Shown piece by piece: positions 9,592 to 20,019 of a stretch of DNA of 64,000 nucleotides. Position 1 is the first letter of the stretch, and every line of letters begins with the position of its first letter. The position numbers and the translations under genes were made by a program. The notes under the pieces are model-generated. The model was not told the origin of the DNA and did not search any database. It was given only the letters and a program-made list of their open reading frames with translations. Source of the stretch: Alphaproteobacteria bacterium (GTDB lineage: Bacteria; Pseudomonadota; Alphaproteobacteria; Rs-D84); assembly GCA_009784235.1 (NCBI GenBank), contig WRCC01000003.1:72984-136983 (forward strand), in the 5' to 3' direction.

Positions 9592-10470
9592 TTAGAATTG
9601 TACACCAAACTTCAAACCAACTTGCCAAAAGTCGTTATTCGCAGTCTGGCTGTTTTCGCTGTTCGCGGTTTGGAAGTGATACGCGACATATGGCTGTAAT
9701 GCAGCAACACCCGGCGCCACGTCGAATATAACACCGAACTGTACACCACGGTCATATATAATCGGAATACCGCTGGATTTATCGGCGTTATAGATGTTGT
9801 AATTACCTTCGAATTTCAAGCCGACTTTCTGAACGACTTCATATTCCAATTCCAATTTGAACAACGCGTTCCACAATGAATCATGTTCGAACATGCTGCC
9901 GCTTTGCAGGAATGCCCATTGCGATATACCTTGGGCCGCCCATTGGAATCTGCCTTCGTCGCCATACACACGCAATCCGGCTTGCAGATTATTTTCGCCG
10001 ATTCGTTGTTCGGTCAGCGCATCTTTGGTCCATGCAATTCCGTATTTACCAATCAAGTCAATTGCAAAAGATTTTGCCGGACGCCACATTTGCCAGTTCA
10101 CACCAATTTCTGGATTTGCAAATTGTCCGACTGCACCGGTGTATGAATTCAAGCCAAATCCATCATTATTTGCAACTTCGACCGACACAAACAATTGGTC
10201 CAATATACCGTATCTGATGCTGACATCACCGACTTGGAAATCACCGGCTTGCCAACGTGTTTCATTTGTTTGTGCTGCGTTCGAACCGGTTTGGAAATTG
10301 ATTCCACCCATAACGGCCCATTTGTTTTGTACTGGACGATATGCTGGGTTAAAGACGCTTTGCGCTATGCGGTTCCAATCCGGACCATCTGAATATTGAA
10401 AGCTGGATGCGTTTGCTGCGCCCGCCATCGTGACTGCAACCAATGAAGTTAATGCAATTTTTTTGAACAT
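9592..10470 (-). CDS. Outer-membrane beta-barrel protein (major-OMP/porin-like), with signal peptide and C-terminal FGVQF
   Basis: 292 aa; MFKKIALTSLVAVTMAGAANA signal peptide; aromatic-rich barrel segments; terminal Phe. Confidence 0.7.
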   Translation of the reverse strand: MFKKIALTSLVAVTMAGAANASSFQYSDGPDWNRIAQSVFNPAYRPVQNKWAVMGGINFQTGSNAAQTNETRWQAGDFQVGDVSIRYGILDQLFVSVEVANNDGFGLNSYTGAVGQFANPEIGVNWQMWRPAKSFAIDLIGKYGIAWTKDALTEQRIGENNLQAGLRVYGDEGRFQWAAQGISQWAFLQSGSMFEHDSLWNALFKLELEYEVVQKVGLKFEGNYNIYNADKSSGIPIIYDRGVQFGVIFDVAPGVAALQPYVAYHFQTANSENSQTANNDFWQVGLKFGVQF

Positions 10471-10546
10471 ATAAATCCCTCCTTATTTGGGTTGTTCAAA
10501 TTCTTGCACGAGAGATAGGAAATTTCACTAGGAAGCTTTTCATAAA

Positions 10547-11545
10547 TTATTTTTGACTTCTTATAATCCGCCAATTCGCATGATTAATTTTATGCTGTTC
10601 GTAATCTTTGGCAAACACATGCCCACCGGTGCCATCTGCAACAAAGAAATAATAATTTGTATCCGCCGGATTTAAAACGCTGCGAATCGCATCGCGCCCG
10701 ACCGATGCAATCGGATGCGGCGGCAAACCGTGATTCATATATGTATTATGCGGATGTGACGTTTGCAGATGACGCGTTAAAATCGGTTTGCCTTGCATAT
10801 CGCCCAGTCCATCCGTAATTGCATAAACAACGGTCGGGTCGGCTTGCAGGCGCATGCCCTTGCGCAGACGATTAATAAACACAGATGCTACTTTTGGCAT
10901 TTCGGCTTTTTTCGGCGTTTCTTTTTGCACGATTGATGCCAGCGTAATTATTTCATTCCAATTTTTCAGCGGCGGTGGCGCGCGCATTCCCGATTCAATC
11001 CAGTTTTTTTCGATTCGCTGCATTTCGCGGCGCATCAAATCCAGTACAGCTGCGCGCGATGTACCCTTGGCCACTATATAAGTATTCGGGAACAATTCGC
11101 CTTCGGCATAACAAATTGGATTTCTTGGTGGACACGAATCGCCGGTTAAAAATTGATTAGCATTCAACAACGCAATAATCTGGCGCACTGTTAACCCTTC
11201 GGGAATCATAATTGTTGTCGTTGCAACGCGACCATCTGACATTATGCGTGCAATTCGCCAAACAGATGCGCCGCGCGGAATATCGTACATTCCGCGTTTT
11301 ACATTACCGCCGAATGCACGAACCAGTAATTTAAACGGCCTTTCAAATCCGATTAATTTTTGCGATTTTAAATCTGCGGCAACGCCCGCGACAGATGCAC
11401 CACGACCAATATCAAACGTAGTATCAACACGAACATGCGAATGAATACCCAAAAACCAAATGGAAAACAGCGCGACAAAAATAATAATACCCGCACCAAA
11501 TTTTAAAAATTTTTTATGCTTTTTTTTCATGCGGCGATTATACAT
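10547..11545 (-). CDS. mltG: Endolytic murein transglycosylase MltG (YceG family)
   Basis: N-terminal TM segment followed by the YceG-like domain (IPEGLTVRQI, LASIVQKE, NTYMNHGLPPHPI). An alternative ATG start is at 11530. Confidence 0.85.
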   Translation of the reverse strand: MYNRRMKKKHKKFLKFGAGIIIFVALFSIWFLGIHSHVRVDTTFDIGRGASVAGVAADLKSQKLIGFERPFKLLVRAFGGNVKRGMYDIPRGASVWRIARIMSDGRVATTTIMIPEGLTVRQIIALLNANQFLTGDSCPPRNPICYAEGELFPNTYIVAKGTSRAAVLDLMRREMQRIEKNWIESGMRAPPPLKNWNEIITLASIVQKETPKKAEMPKVASVFINRLRKGMRLQADPTVVYAITDGLGDMQGKPILTRHLQTSHPHNTYMNHGLPPHPIASVGRDAIRSVLNPADTNYYFFVADGTGGHVFAKDYEQHKINHANWRIIRSQK

Positions 11546-11598
11546 ATAAAAACCGCACCCGCAAATAAAAATAAAAACCGGACTTTTGTCCGGTTTTT

Positions 11599-12855
11599 TT
11601 AATCAACTTTCTTTAACAACACCGTGGCATTAGTGCCGCCGAATCCAAATGAATTAGACAGCGCGACATTAACGGTGCGTTTTTTGGCGACGTTCGGAAC
11701 CAAATCGAAATTGCCGACTTCGTCAACCGGGTCTGTTAAATTAATTGTCGGCGGAACGATTTGGTCGCGAATTGCCAATGTTGTAAATATCGCTTCGACC
11801 GCGCCGGCCGCGCCCAGCAAGTGCCCGGTCATGGATTTCGTACTGGACATGGACGTGCCGGAATTTTCACCAACCAATGTTTTTACTGCTTCCAATTCAC
11901 CCGGGTCGCCGACCGGTGTCGATGTTCCATGCGCATTAATATAGTCAATCGCAGATGGTTCCAGGCCGGCATCTTTCAAAGCGGCGCGCATTGAACGCAA
12001 CCCGCCTTCACCGCCCGGTGCTGGCGCAGTCATATGACTGGCGTCTGCAGACATACCGTATCCCGCGACTTCGGCATAAATTTTTGCACCGCGCGCGACC
12101 GCATGTTCGTATTCTTCCAGTACCAATATACCTGCACCTTCACCCATAACGAATCCATCGCGACCTTTGTCCCATGGGCGCGACGCACCGGCCGGGTCAT
12201 CGTTGCGCGTGGATAATGCGCGCATTGCACAGAATCCTGCCATGCCCAGTTTTTCCATCGCTGCTTCGGCACCGCCGCAAATCATAATGTCTGCTTCGCC
12301 GCGTGATATAATCCGCGCCGAATCGCCAATCGCATGCGTACCAGTTGCACATGCAGTCACAACGCAAGTATTTGGCCCTTTGAACCCATATTTAATCGAT
12401 ACTTGACCCGCCGCCATGTTTGCGATTGAACCAGGTATAAAGAACGGACTGATATGCCGCGGACCATTGGTATGCAGTTCGATACTGGCATTATAAATAC
12501 CGGACAATCCGCCGATACCTGAACCGATGTTCACGCCGACGCGTTCTTTGTCGCCTGTATATTCAATCATGTTCGCATCGCGCAATGCTTCATCCGTTGC
12601 GACCAGTGCATATACGATAAATTTATCAATGCGGCCCTGCTCTTTCGGGCTGACGATTGTATCCGGATTATATTCGCCCGGATTATCGCCGCGTAATATA
12701 CGTCCGCCGATTTGTACCGGCAAATCTGCATATTGTTCTTCGGTTAATTTAATGATACCGGATTTACCGGCCAATATATTTGCCCAAGCATGTTCGATTC
12801 CAACGCCGACCGGGGAAACAATTCCTATTCCAGTGATGACTACTCTGCGTGTCAT
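11599..12855 (-). CDS. fabF: 3-oxoacyl-ACP synthase II
   Basis: MTRRVVITGIGIVSPVG... with the KAS II active-site context (CATG) and C-terminal GHLLGAAGAVEAIF. The ORF-track N-terminal extension to 12939 is probably not translated. Confidence 0.95.
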   Translation of the reverse strand: MTRRVVITGIGIVSPVGVGIEHAWANILAGKSGIIKLTEEQYADLPVQIGGRILRGDNPGEYNPDTIVSPKEQGRIDKFIVYALVATDEALRDANMIEYTGDKERVGVNIGSGIGGLSGIYNASIELHTNGPRHISPFFIPGSIANMAAGQVSIKYGFKGPNTCVVTACATGTHAIGDSARIISRGEADIMICGGAEAAMEKLGMAGFCAMRALSTRNDDPAGASRPWDKGRDGFVMGEGAGILVLEEYEHAVARGAKIYAEVAGYGMSADASHMTAPAPGGEGGLRSMRAALKDAGLEPSAIDYINAHGTSTPVGDPGELEAVKTLVGENSGTSMSSTKSMTGHLLGAAGAVEAIFTTLAIRDQIVPPTINLTDPVDEVGNFDLVPNVAKKRTVNVALSNSFGFGGTNATVLLKKVD

Positions 12856-12981
12856 AATAAATCTCCATTTTGTTTGATTGGGCAAATGATATTTGCCCCT
12901 ACATACCAACAACATACAAAAAATCTGCGCGGAATGCAAAACATTTCGCGCAGATTTTTATTTTTGTAAAACGACGACCGA

Positions 12982-13233
12982 TTAAGCTTTCGGGGCTTCT
13001 TTGATGTTTGCTTTGATGAACGAAATCGCATCACCAACGGTCAGCATTTTTGTCGCAGCATCATCTGGAATTGTCAAACCATATTCTTTTTCCAATTCCA
13101 TAACCAATTCCACTTGGTCCAAAGAGTCCGCGCCCAAATCGTTTTTGAACGATGCACCCAGCACAATTTTCGCTTTGTCTTTTATATCAAGTTTTTCTGC
13201 GATAATATCTATGACTTTCTGTTCAATTGACAT
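12982..13233 (-). CDS. acpP: Acyl carrier protein
   Basis: 83 aa, with the DLGADSLDQVELVMELE phosphopantetheine-attachment motif. Confidence 0.95.
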   Translation of the reverse strand: MSIEQKVIDIIAEKLDIKDKAKIVLGASFKNDLGADSLDQVELVMELEKEYGLTIPDDAATKMLTVGDAISFIKANIKEAPKA

Positions 13234-13421
13234 TTTGTTTTCCTTTGTTGTGTTAACTGATGGCCCGTCTTTTTACATTTGTTTCACTGGGCAACTTGAC
13301 GCAAGATACCATTCCAGACGCCCCCATGTCAAATAAATTCTAACAAATTATAACAAGATAGTTTTGTCAAGCAATTGATAGCACCCCGATAAATTAATTT
13401 AATATTACTTGCTATTTATTA

Positions 13422-14420
13422 TTATATTATTTGTTCTATACTTTCATTCATATTTTGACGCAATGTTTCCCGGTCGGCCGACCATTCCAGTCTCTTCATC
13501 ATAAACCTGTGCACATCGGACATTTGCACATCTTTTAATTTCGCACGCATCACAACACGGCGCCACGCGCTGCGCGGGTCGGTTAAATGTCCACGGCCGT
13601 ACGCCCCCGGAAACACATATTGTTTATTCTGCGGCAAATCGCGCAATACAACGACTGCGGCATCAGATAATGGCACTGTGCCCCAATTATCATTATTAAA
13701 ATCCATATCAGACCAGCGCATTGAAAATATTTTCGAACGATTGGCAAATCCATATATTAACATTAAAAATGCAGCGCGAATTATAACATCCGGTTCTGCA
13801 TTAATTGCCGAAACTAATCGGCGCAGGCCCGTTATATTCAATGTTCGCGCGCGGCGCAATTCTTTGAATGGTGCAATTTCTGCCGCCGGATTATTATCCG
13901 CGCATGCAAATTTAAAAATTCCGGACATTATTTCACGCATGCGGTTTGCGGTCGGCGCACCAGATTCGCGCGCGATATTATCAATGATTTTTGTCGCGTG
14001 CACCGCGGTGATATCGTTCAAATAAATCGGATATAACGACACAAATGCATGTTCCATTGCACGAATCAATTTGGCCTTTGATTCTGGTGCGCGGCGAATT
14101 TTTTTTGAAACGAATTGTTTTGCTGCCGCACCAAATGTAATTTTTTTGCTGCGCGACTTTTGCACGTTGCCTGAATCATACAATGCAGCCGCAACACGCG
14201 CGCGCGCATCAAATACATCTATTTCTGGATATCGGCCGATAATGATGCGCACATCGCGGCCATTCATACGCCGACGAACAAAGAAAGTTTTCACCCCGCG
14301 TGCAGTGATATACATTCGCAAGTGCGGTTCCGCGATATCTTGGACAACAATAAACCCGGCGCGCGGCGGCGCCAGGTTATCGAGTATATGCGGCGAAAAG
14401 AAAAATTGATGTGCCACCAT
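13422..14420 (-). CDS. P4-type (DUF4102 arm-domain) tyrosine-integrase homolog that is C-terminally short and probably catalytically inactive
   Basis: The N-terminus RMYITARGVKTFFVRRRMNGRDVRIIIGRYPEIDVFDARA matches the P4-integrase arm-binding domain. The middle region (WTVPL, LSDAAVVVL, YVFPG, HRF) aligns with the integrase core, but the protein ends before the catalytic Tyr box. The start codon overlaps the lepA stop by 1 nt (TAATG). Confidence 0.6.
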   Translation of the reverse strand: MVAHQFFFSPHILDNLAPPRAGFIVVQDIAEPHLRMYITARGVKTFFVRRRMNGRDVRIIIGRYPEIDVFDARARVAAALYDSGNVQKSRSKKITFGAAAKQFVSKKIRRAPESKAKLIRAMEHAFVSLYPIYLNDITAVHATKIIDNIARESGAPTANRMREIMSGIFKFACADNNPAAEIAPFKELRRARTLNITGLRRLVSAINAEPDVIIRAAFLMLIYGFANRSKIFSMRWSDMDFNNDNWGTVPLSDAAVVVLRDLPQNKQYVFPGAYGRGHLTDPRSAWRRVVMRAKLKDVQMSDVHRFMMKRLEWSADRETLRQNMNESIEQII

Positions 14421-16213
14421 TAATCCCCAACTTTCAGTGCATTAATAAATGCGGTTTGCGGGATTTCGACGCTGCCGAAACTGCGCAGTCGTTTTTTACC
14501 CTCTTTCTGTTTTTCAAGCAGTTTGCGTTTGCGTGATATATCGCCGCCGTAACATTTCGCGGTCACGTCTTTGCGATATGCCGCAATGGTTTCGCGCGCG
14601 ATGATTTTTCCGCCGATGGCCGCTTGCAATGGAATTTTGAATTGGTGTCTGGGAATTAAGTCCTTTAACTTTTCCACAATTTGTCGGCCGCGTTTTTCGG
14701 CAAACGAACGATGGCACAGGAAAGACAATGGTTCCACGACTTCTTCGTTAACCAGCACGGATACTTTTACCAAATCGGATGTTTCATATCCATCCAGAGT
14801 ATAATCGAACGAAGCATACCCGGATGTCAGCGATTTGACCCGGTCGTAAAAATCAAAAACTATTTCCGCCAGCGGCAGACGGTATGTCAAAACCGCACGA
14901 CGCCCGATATAAGACATATTTTCTTGAATCCCGCGGCGTTCGGAACACAGCGCCATAATCCCGCCCAAATATTGGTCGGGCAACATAATGGTCGCGCGCA
15001 CCCACGGTTCTTGAATATATTCGATGCGTGTCGGTTCTGGCATATCAGCCGGATTTTCCAAATCAACAATTTCCCCGTCGCGCAGATGAAGACGATACAG
15101 CACGGATGGAATCGTATTAATAAGATTCAGATTGAATTCGCGCGACAATCGTTCGGAAATAATTTCCATATGCAGCAGACCCAAAAAACCGCAGCGCAAT
15201 CCGAATCCCAGGGCAGACGATTTTTCAACCGTGAATACAAACGATGCGTCATTCAGCGCCAATTTTTCAGCACTTTCGCGAAGTACGGGATAATCTTGGG
15301 CTTCGACCGGAAAGAACGATGAAAACACAACCGGCACGGATGGTTTGAATCCGGGCAGTGGTTCAGCAGATTGGCCACTGTTAACAATAGTATCGCCGAC
15401 TTTGCAATCATGAATTGTCTTCATGCCCGTAATAATGAACCCTATTTCGCCCGCGTGCAAAGCATCAACGTTCACCATTTTGGGCGTAAAGTATCCGATT
15501 TTATCAATTGCATATTCCGCGCCGGTTGCGATAAATCGGATTTTCTGGCCGCGCTTTAACGAACCATCAACAACGCGCACCAGCACAACAACACCCAAAT
15601 AAGAATCATACCAAGAATCGACCAGCAATGCACGGGTCGGAGCATTTGCATCGCCATGCGGCGATGGCAAACATTGCACGATTGATTCCAGTAATTCTGG
15701 AACGCCTTCGCCTGTTTTACCCGAAACGCACAGCGCATCTGCGGCATCAATTCCAATAACGTCCGCGATTCCCGCGCGCGCACCGACAACGTCCGATGAT
15801 GGCAAATCGATTTTATTCAAGACCAGTAAAATTTCCAAATCATTATCGATGGCCAAATAAGCATTTGCCAATGTCTGTGCCTGGACACCCTGGGTCGCAT
15901 CGACCAGCAACAGCGCGCCTTCGCACGCAGCCATTGACCGCGATACTTCGTAAGTAAAGTCCACATGTCCCGGCGTATCCATTAAATTTAATTGATATTC
16001 CTGCCCATCGCGCGCTTTGTAATTCAAGCGTACAGTCTGTGCCTTGATGGTAATTCCGCGTTCGCGTTCGATATCCATGCTGTCCAGAACTTGCGATTTC
16101 ATTTCACGCGATTCCAGGCCACCGGTATATTCAATAATCCGGTCGGACAAAGTCGATTTTCCATGGTCGATATGTGCGATTACTGCGAAATTTCTGATAT
16201 TTTTTTGATTCAT
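14420..16213 (-). CDS. lepA: Elongation factor 4 (LepA)
   Basis: 597 aa; [18 protein letters not shown]...; carries the LepA C-terminal domain. Confidence 0.97.
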   Translation of the reverse strand: MNQKNIRNFAVIAHIDHGKSTLSDRIIEYTGGLESREMKSQVLDSMDIERERGITIKAQTVRLNYKARDGQEYQLNLMDTPGHVDFTYEVSRSMAACEGALLLVDATQGVQAQTLANAYLAIDNDLEILLVLNKIDLPSSDVVGARAGIADVIGIDAADALCVSGKTGEGVPELLESIVQCLPSPHGDANAPTRALLVDSWYDSYLGVVVLVRVVDGSLKRGQKIRFIATGAEYAIDKIGYFTPKMVNVDALHAGEIGFIITGMKTIHDCKVGDTIVNSGQSAEPLPGFKPSVPVVFSSFFPVEAQDYPVLRESAEKLALNDASFVFTVEKSSALGFGLRCGFLGLLHMEIISERLSREFNLNLINTIPSVLYRLHLRDGEIVDLENPADMPEPTRIEYIQEPWVRATIMLPDQYLGGIMALCSERRGIQENMSYIGRRAVLTYRLPLAEIVFDFYDRVKSLTSGYASFDYTLDGYETSDLVKVSVLVNEEVVEPLSFLCHRSFAEKRGRQIVEKLKDLIPRHQFKIPLQAAIGGKIIARETIAAYRKDVTAKCYGGDISRKRKLLEKQKEGKKRLRSFGSVEIPQTAFINALKVGD

Positions 16214-16478
16214 TTTATTCTCTTAACAACATGGCGGTATCACGCCCAACCGCACACGTTTTCGGCATAAACAATTCCGCTTTGGCTTTTTAAAACAAGG
16301 GTCTGTTTTGTGAACAGTGTCCAGTGCTGATTTTGTATTATGAAAATTAGCGGCCAACGATGTAGCAAACAGCACCAACGCCATACGTCCGATAAATTTA
16401 TGTAAAAAGACTGGTTTGCCGTTGCTCATTGAACCCGGAAAATATCACAGATTTTTTTGGATTTCAACAACAAATCAA

Positions 16479-17051
16479 TCAAAGCCAGGTCATCATAATG
16501 ATGCCAAACCCCGCGGCAACAACCGCCAACAGAGTCAATGGCCAAAAATACTTTTTCACAATTGTGTTTGCCTGTTCCTGGAACCGCCACAACAATGCGC
16601 CCAATATGGCGAATCGCAGCGTCCGGAATATCGCCGTCACGCCAATAAACAAAATTGGATTGAATGTCAGGAACCCAGCGCATATCGCCAATAATTTATA
16701 TGGCACAGGCGTGAATGCGGCCAAGAATATGATAAACAGACCGTGTTTTGCGAACAATGAACGTGCGATTTCGAAATTTTCCATACTGGAAAATGTAGTA
16801 ATCAGCCATGTCCCAATTGATTCAAACAACCAGAACCCAATCATATACGCGATTATCCCGCCAACCAACGACCCCAAAGATGTCACTATGACAACCGGCA
16901 ATGCCTTTTTCTTGTTCGCGACGATTGTCGGCGTCATAAATACTTCGGGTGGCAGGAACAAGAATATTGATTCACAAACGGTCAGCCAGAATATAACCCA
17001 CAAAGCCGCCGGCTTATCACATTGTTTAAGAATATAATGTTGTAATTTCAT
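16479..17051 (-). CDS. DedA/YqaA-family inner-membrane protein
   Basis: MKLQHYILK... with multiple TM helices and DedA-like spacing. The longer ORF-track start at 17078 overlaps the REP element. Confidence 0.7.
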   Translation of the reverse strand: MKLQHYILKQCDKPAALWVIFWLTVCESIFLFLPPEVFMTPTIVANKKKALPVVIVTSLGSLVGGIIAYMIGFWLFESIGTWLITTFSSMENFEIARSLFAKHGLFIIFLAAFTPVPYKLLAICAGFLTFNPILFIGVTAIFRTLRFAILGALLWRFQEQANTIVKKYFWPLTLLAVVAAGFGIIMMTWL

Positions 17052-17066
17052 AGTTAATCCATTTAT

Positions 17067-17110
17067 GTAGGGGCGCATACTTGCGCCCGGACGCGATTAC
17101 GCGCCCCTAC
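17067..17110. repeat. REP-like GC-rich palindromic element (GTAGGGGCGC...GCGCCCCTAC family), copy A
   Basis: gtaggggcgcatacttgcgcccggacgcgattacgcgcccctac. Near-identical copies are at 19970..20013 and 23751..23804. Confidence 0.8.
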
Positions 17111-17188
17111 AAATTTTATTGATTGTAAATGAATCTTTCACATATTACAATACAAATCCGAGAGAAGAAAACACAAAGGTAAAATATT

Positions 17189-17392
17189 ATGATTAAAGCT
17201 AGAGATTTCCGTACGCCGAAAAAAGTTCACAGGCCATTGGCGAAAAAATATATGCTGCGCGCGTTAGAAATGACAAATGCTCATATCGCCAATCTAGAAG
17301 AATTGGGCAAAGACTTTGAAACACAAACGTTAAAGGCAGAGAATATATCTCTCAACCTGCGGGATGCAATCATAAAAACCAAGCAAAAATAA
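17189..17392 (+). CDS. Small hypothetical protein (67 aa) immediately upstream of rbfA
   Basis: ATG with an AAAGG ribosome-binding site; it ends 1 nt before the rbfA start. I recognised no domain. Confidence 0.35.
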   Translation: MIKARDFRTPKKVHRPLAKKYMLRALEMTNAHIANLEELGKDFETQTLKAENISLNLRDAIIKTKQK

Positions 17393-17393
17393 A

Positions 17394-17756
17394 ATGCCCA
17401 AAAGACCATTCAATCCATCTTCAAATCGCGGTGAACGTATCTCATCAACGGTCCAAAAAATCGTGGCGGAAATATTGCGCGATAATTACGGTGATGACCC
17501 GGTGCTGGGCCGCGTGTCGATTGTCGGTTCCGAATCCGCCAGCGGATTAACTTTTGTACGGTTGTATTATTACATCGGCGGTGAAAGTGCTGACGTACAA
17601 TCCCGTCTGGATGGAATCGCGCCATCCATTCGCCGTGAATTGGCACATCGAATGGACCAAAAATATGTTCCGGATTTGCGATTCGCATACGATGATACTT
17701 TGGAAAAATCCGCCAGAATTGATGAATTGCTAAACAGTATATCGGGGGATTTATAA
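17394..17756 (+). CDS. rbfA: Ribosome-binding factor A
   Basis: 120 aa, RbfA-like (RVSIVGSESASGLTFVRLYY...). Confidence 0.72.
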   Translation: MPKRPFNPSSNRGERISSTVQKIVAEILRDNYGDDPVLGRVSIVGSESASGLTFVRLYYYIGGESADVQSRLDGIAPSIRRELAHRMDQKYVPDLRFAYDDTLEKSARIDELLNSISGDL

Positions 17757-18193
17757 TGACCAAAAATGAAATCTTAACATTCATAGATGCACAGAAAATT
17801 ATAATGCTTGGCACTATTGATTTAAACGACGCGCCAGCAATTCGAGCGCTGATAAATCCACGTAATCCGGAAATCGCACCGCATCTGGTGAAGTATTTCA
17901 AAAATAATGGTCGATTGATTTTTATTACTAATACTTCATCTGACAAAATCGCTCAACTGCACAGAACGCCCGCAGCAGCGCTTTATGCATATGATGAAAA
18001 CTTCAATGGATTAATGTTGTCCGGAACGGTAACGGAAGTGACCGACAACGAAACGCGCAATTCACTTTGGGATGATTCATGGAAAATTTACTATCCAGAT
18101 GGACGTGACGGTGGTGATTTTTCAGTATTGGAATTTATTCCAAAATCATATAAATTTTATGCTGGATTTAATGTAACCAAGGGCGAATTATAA
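17756..18193 (+). CDS. Pyridoxamine 5'-phosphate oxidase-like / general-stress-protein-26-type FMN-binding protein
   Basis: 145 aa; its start overlaps the rbfA stop (TAATG). The split-barrel-like pattern is a weak match. Confidence 0.5.
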   Translation: MTKNEILTFIDAQKIIMLGTIDLNDAPAIRALINPRNPEIAPHLVKYFKNNGRLIFITNTSSDKIAQLHRTPAAALYAYDENFNGLMLSGTVTEVTDNETRNSLWDDSWKIYYPDGRDGGDFSVLEFIPKSYKFYAGFNVTKGEL

Positions 18194-18279
18194 ATACTAA
18201 GGGCATACTATCTATACCCTTTATTTTTTGATATAAAAAATCCCTTTCCACTTCTCCCTTTTTCCTTTATGATACCTCT

Positions 18280-19131
18280 ATGGAAAATCTTCTTGATAAT
18301 GTTGCACCAAAATCCGCGCCGCGAAATGTAATCAGCTTTGCGAATGTTGCCGCGCGATATGACGGCGGTGCCGAAGTTTTATCGGACGTTTCATTCAATA
18401 TTAATTCGCATTCTTTCTATTTTCTGAATGGTGCATCTGGCGCAGGCAAAACGACCCTGTTGCGCCTTATCTATCACCTGTTGCCGCAATCGCGCGGGCA
18501 AATAAAGCTGTTTGGAAAATCAACGGCCGGATTATCCCGCGATGAAATCGCCGATATCCGCCGCAAAATGGCGATTGTATTCCAAGAATATTCGTTGATA
18601 TCCCATCTGTCTGTTTTCGACAATATCGCCCTGCCCTTGCGCGTGCGCGGTACATCCGAATCTTATACGAAAAAATTGGTCGCGCGGACACTGCAATGGG
18701 TTGGATTGTCGCAATATGCGAATGCCTTGCCACTGAATTTATCGGGTGGGCAACAACAACGTGTCGCGGTCGCACGTGCGATTATTACCCAACCGGAAAT
18801 ATTACTGGCCGACGAACCGACTGGAAACCTGGACGACGAATCGGCGACCAAGCTGATGGAACTGTTTATCCAAATGAACAAATCTTTCGGCACGGCGATA
18901 ATTATGGCAACGCACAGCCAGAAAATGTTGGACAGCTATGGGTTCCCGCGCATCATCGTCGGCGACCGCAAGGTTACATTCAAAGAATCCAGCGGCCGAA
19001 AAATAATCACCGACCCGCCTTTGCCTGACGGCTTCGGCGCGGCAAGAATTACACCACTGAAAAAAGACAAAACATATTTTTCCAATCTGTCCACTGATTT
19101 GGAAAAACAATTTGAAGACATCGCAGGATGA
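18280..19131 (+). CDS. ftsE: Cell-division ABC ATPase FtsE, with an unusual ~60-aa C-terminal extension
   Basis: Walker [12 protein letters not shown], signature [14 protein letters not shown], Walker [12 protein letters not shown]. An ATGA overlap joins it to ftsX. Confidence 0.9.
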   Translation: MENLLDNVAPKSAPRNVISFANVAARYDGGAEVLSDVSFNINSHSFYFLNGASGAGKTTLLRLIYHLLPQSRGQIKLFGKSTAGLSRDEIADIRRKMAIVFQEYSLISHLSVFDNIALPLRVRGTSESYTKKLVARTLQWVGLSQYANALPLNLSGGQQQRVAVARAIITQPEILLADEPTGNLDDESATKLMELFIQMNKSFGTAIIMATHSQKMLDSYGFPRIIVGDRKVTFKESSGRKIITDPPLPDGFGAARITPLKKDKTYFSNLSTDLEKQFEDIAG

Positions 19132-19973
19132 AAAAACAACCATTGGTATTTTCTTTTGTAAAGCAGCAGCGTACATTTTTAATGGCGCTGATGGGATTGT
19201 TATCCTTTTTGGCTGTATTGTGTTTGGGATTGGTTATATCATTGGGCACCGCGGTCCAGCGGTGGAACCAGCAATGGGAACTGATGGCAACGATTCAAAT
19301 TATGCCGAACACGGACACCGCACCAATACAAAGATTATTGGCCGCTGAGCGTGCAAATATCGCCCAATCCCGCGAAATCCTCGCAGAAGAGTCTGCGCGA
19401 ATGTTGTCCGCATGGTTATCATCCGGGTCGGCTTTGACGCAATATATTCCAACGGTAATCGAATTAAAATTTAAATCACGCCGCGCATTGACCGATATGC
19501 GCACAGCGGCCACCGAAATTTCCGGCGTTCGATTTATCAGTTTTGCAGAAGGCATGAAAACATCAACCCGCGCCGGATGGAAGATAATTGCACTTGCCGC
19601 GCTTGTGCTGACACTTGTCCTTGGCGCGGTTGTTTTGTGTATTTCATATATCACACAAAATATCACGCTTATCCATCGGCGCGAATTGGAAATATTAAAC
19701 CAAGTCGGTGCACGTGACCGATTCGTCGCCCGGCAATTAATGACTATCATCGCGCAAATTACGGCCATCGCAACTGCGACTGGATTTTTGGCCGCCGCGC
19801 CGATTCTGTTTATTATCATCGCAATGGCGCGTTCATTCCGCACCGGAATGTTCACACAAATGTCAATTCCGGCGATGGGTTGGGCAATTTTGCTGGGCCT
19901 TGCGATTGCAATCGTCATTCTGGCCGTATTTACCGCACGACGAACTGTGATGGGAATATTGAAATCAGCGTAG
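19128..19973 (+). CDS. ftsX: Cell-division permease FtsX
   Basis: 281 aa, 4-TM FtsX-like topology, directly coupled to ftsE. Confidence 0.85.
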   Translation: MKKQPLVFSFVKQQRTFLMALMGLLSFLAVLCLGLVISLGTAVQRWNQQWELMATIQIMPNTDTAPIQRLLAAERANIAQSREILAEESARMLSAWLSSGSALTQYIPTVIELKFKSRRALTDMRTAATEISGVRFISFAEGMKTSTRAGWKIIALAALVLTLVLGAVVLCISYITQNITLIHRRELEILNQVGARDRFVARQLMTIIAQITAIATATGFLAAAPILFIIIAMARSFRTGMFTQMSIPAMGWAILLGLAIAIVILAVFTARRTVMGILKSA

Positions 19974-20013
19974 GGGCGCATACTTGCGCCCGGGCGCGAA
20001 TACGCGCCCCTAC
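19970..20013. repeat. REP-like palindromic element, copy B (it overlaps the ftsX stop codon)
   Basis: gtaggggcgcatacttgcgcccgggcgcgaatacgcgcccctac. Confidence 0.8.
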
Positions 20014-20019
20014 AATAAA

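Noticed and set aside
11599-12939. N-terminal extension of fabF (MHSAQIF...) in the ORF track
   Set aside because: FabF homologs begin at MTRRVVITG (the ATG at 12855). My own re-translation of the extension was not consistent with the track, so I trust only the conserved start.
13234-13421. Looked for a tRNA or attachment site next to the integrase-like gene
   Set aside because: The region is an AT-rich spacer with no cloverleaf-compatible segments or T-loop GTTCRANYC motif. No tRNA is called anywhere in the window.
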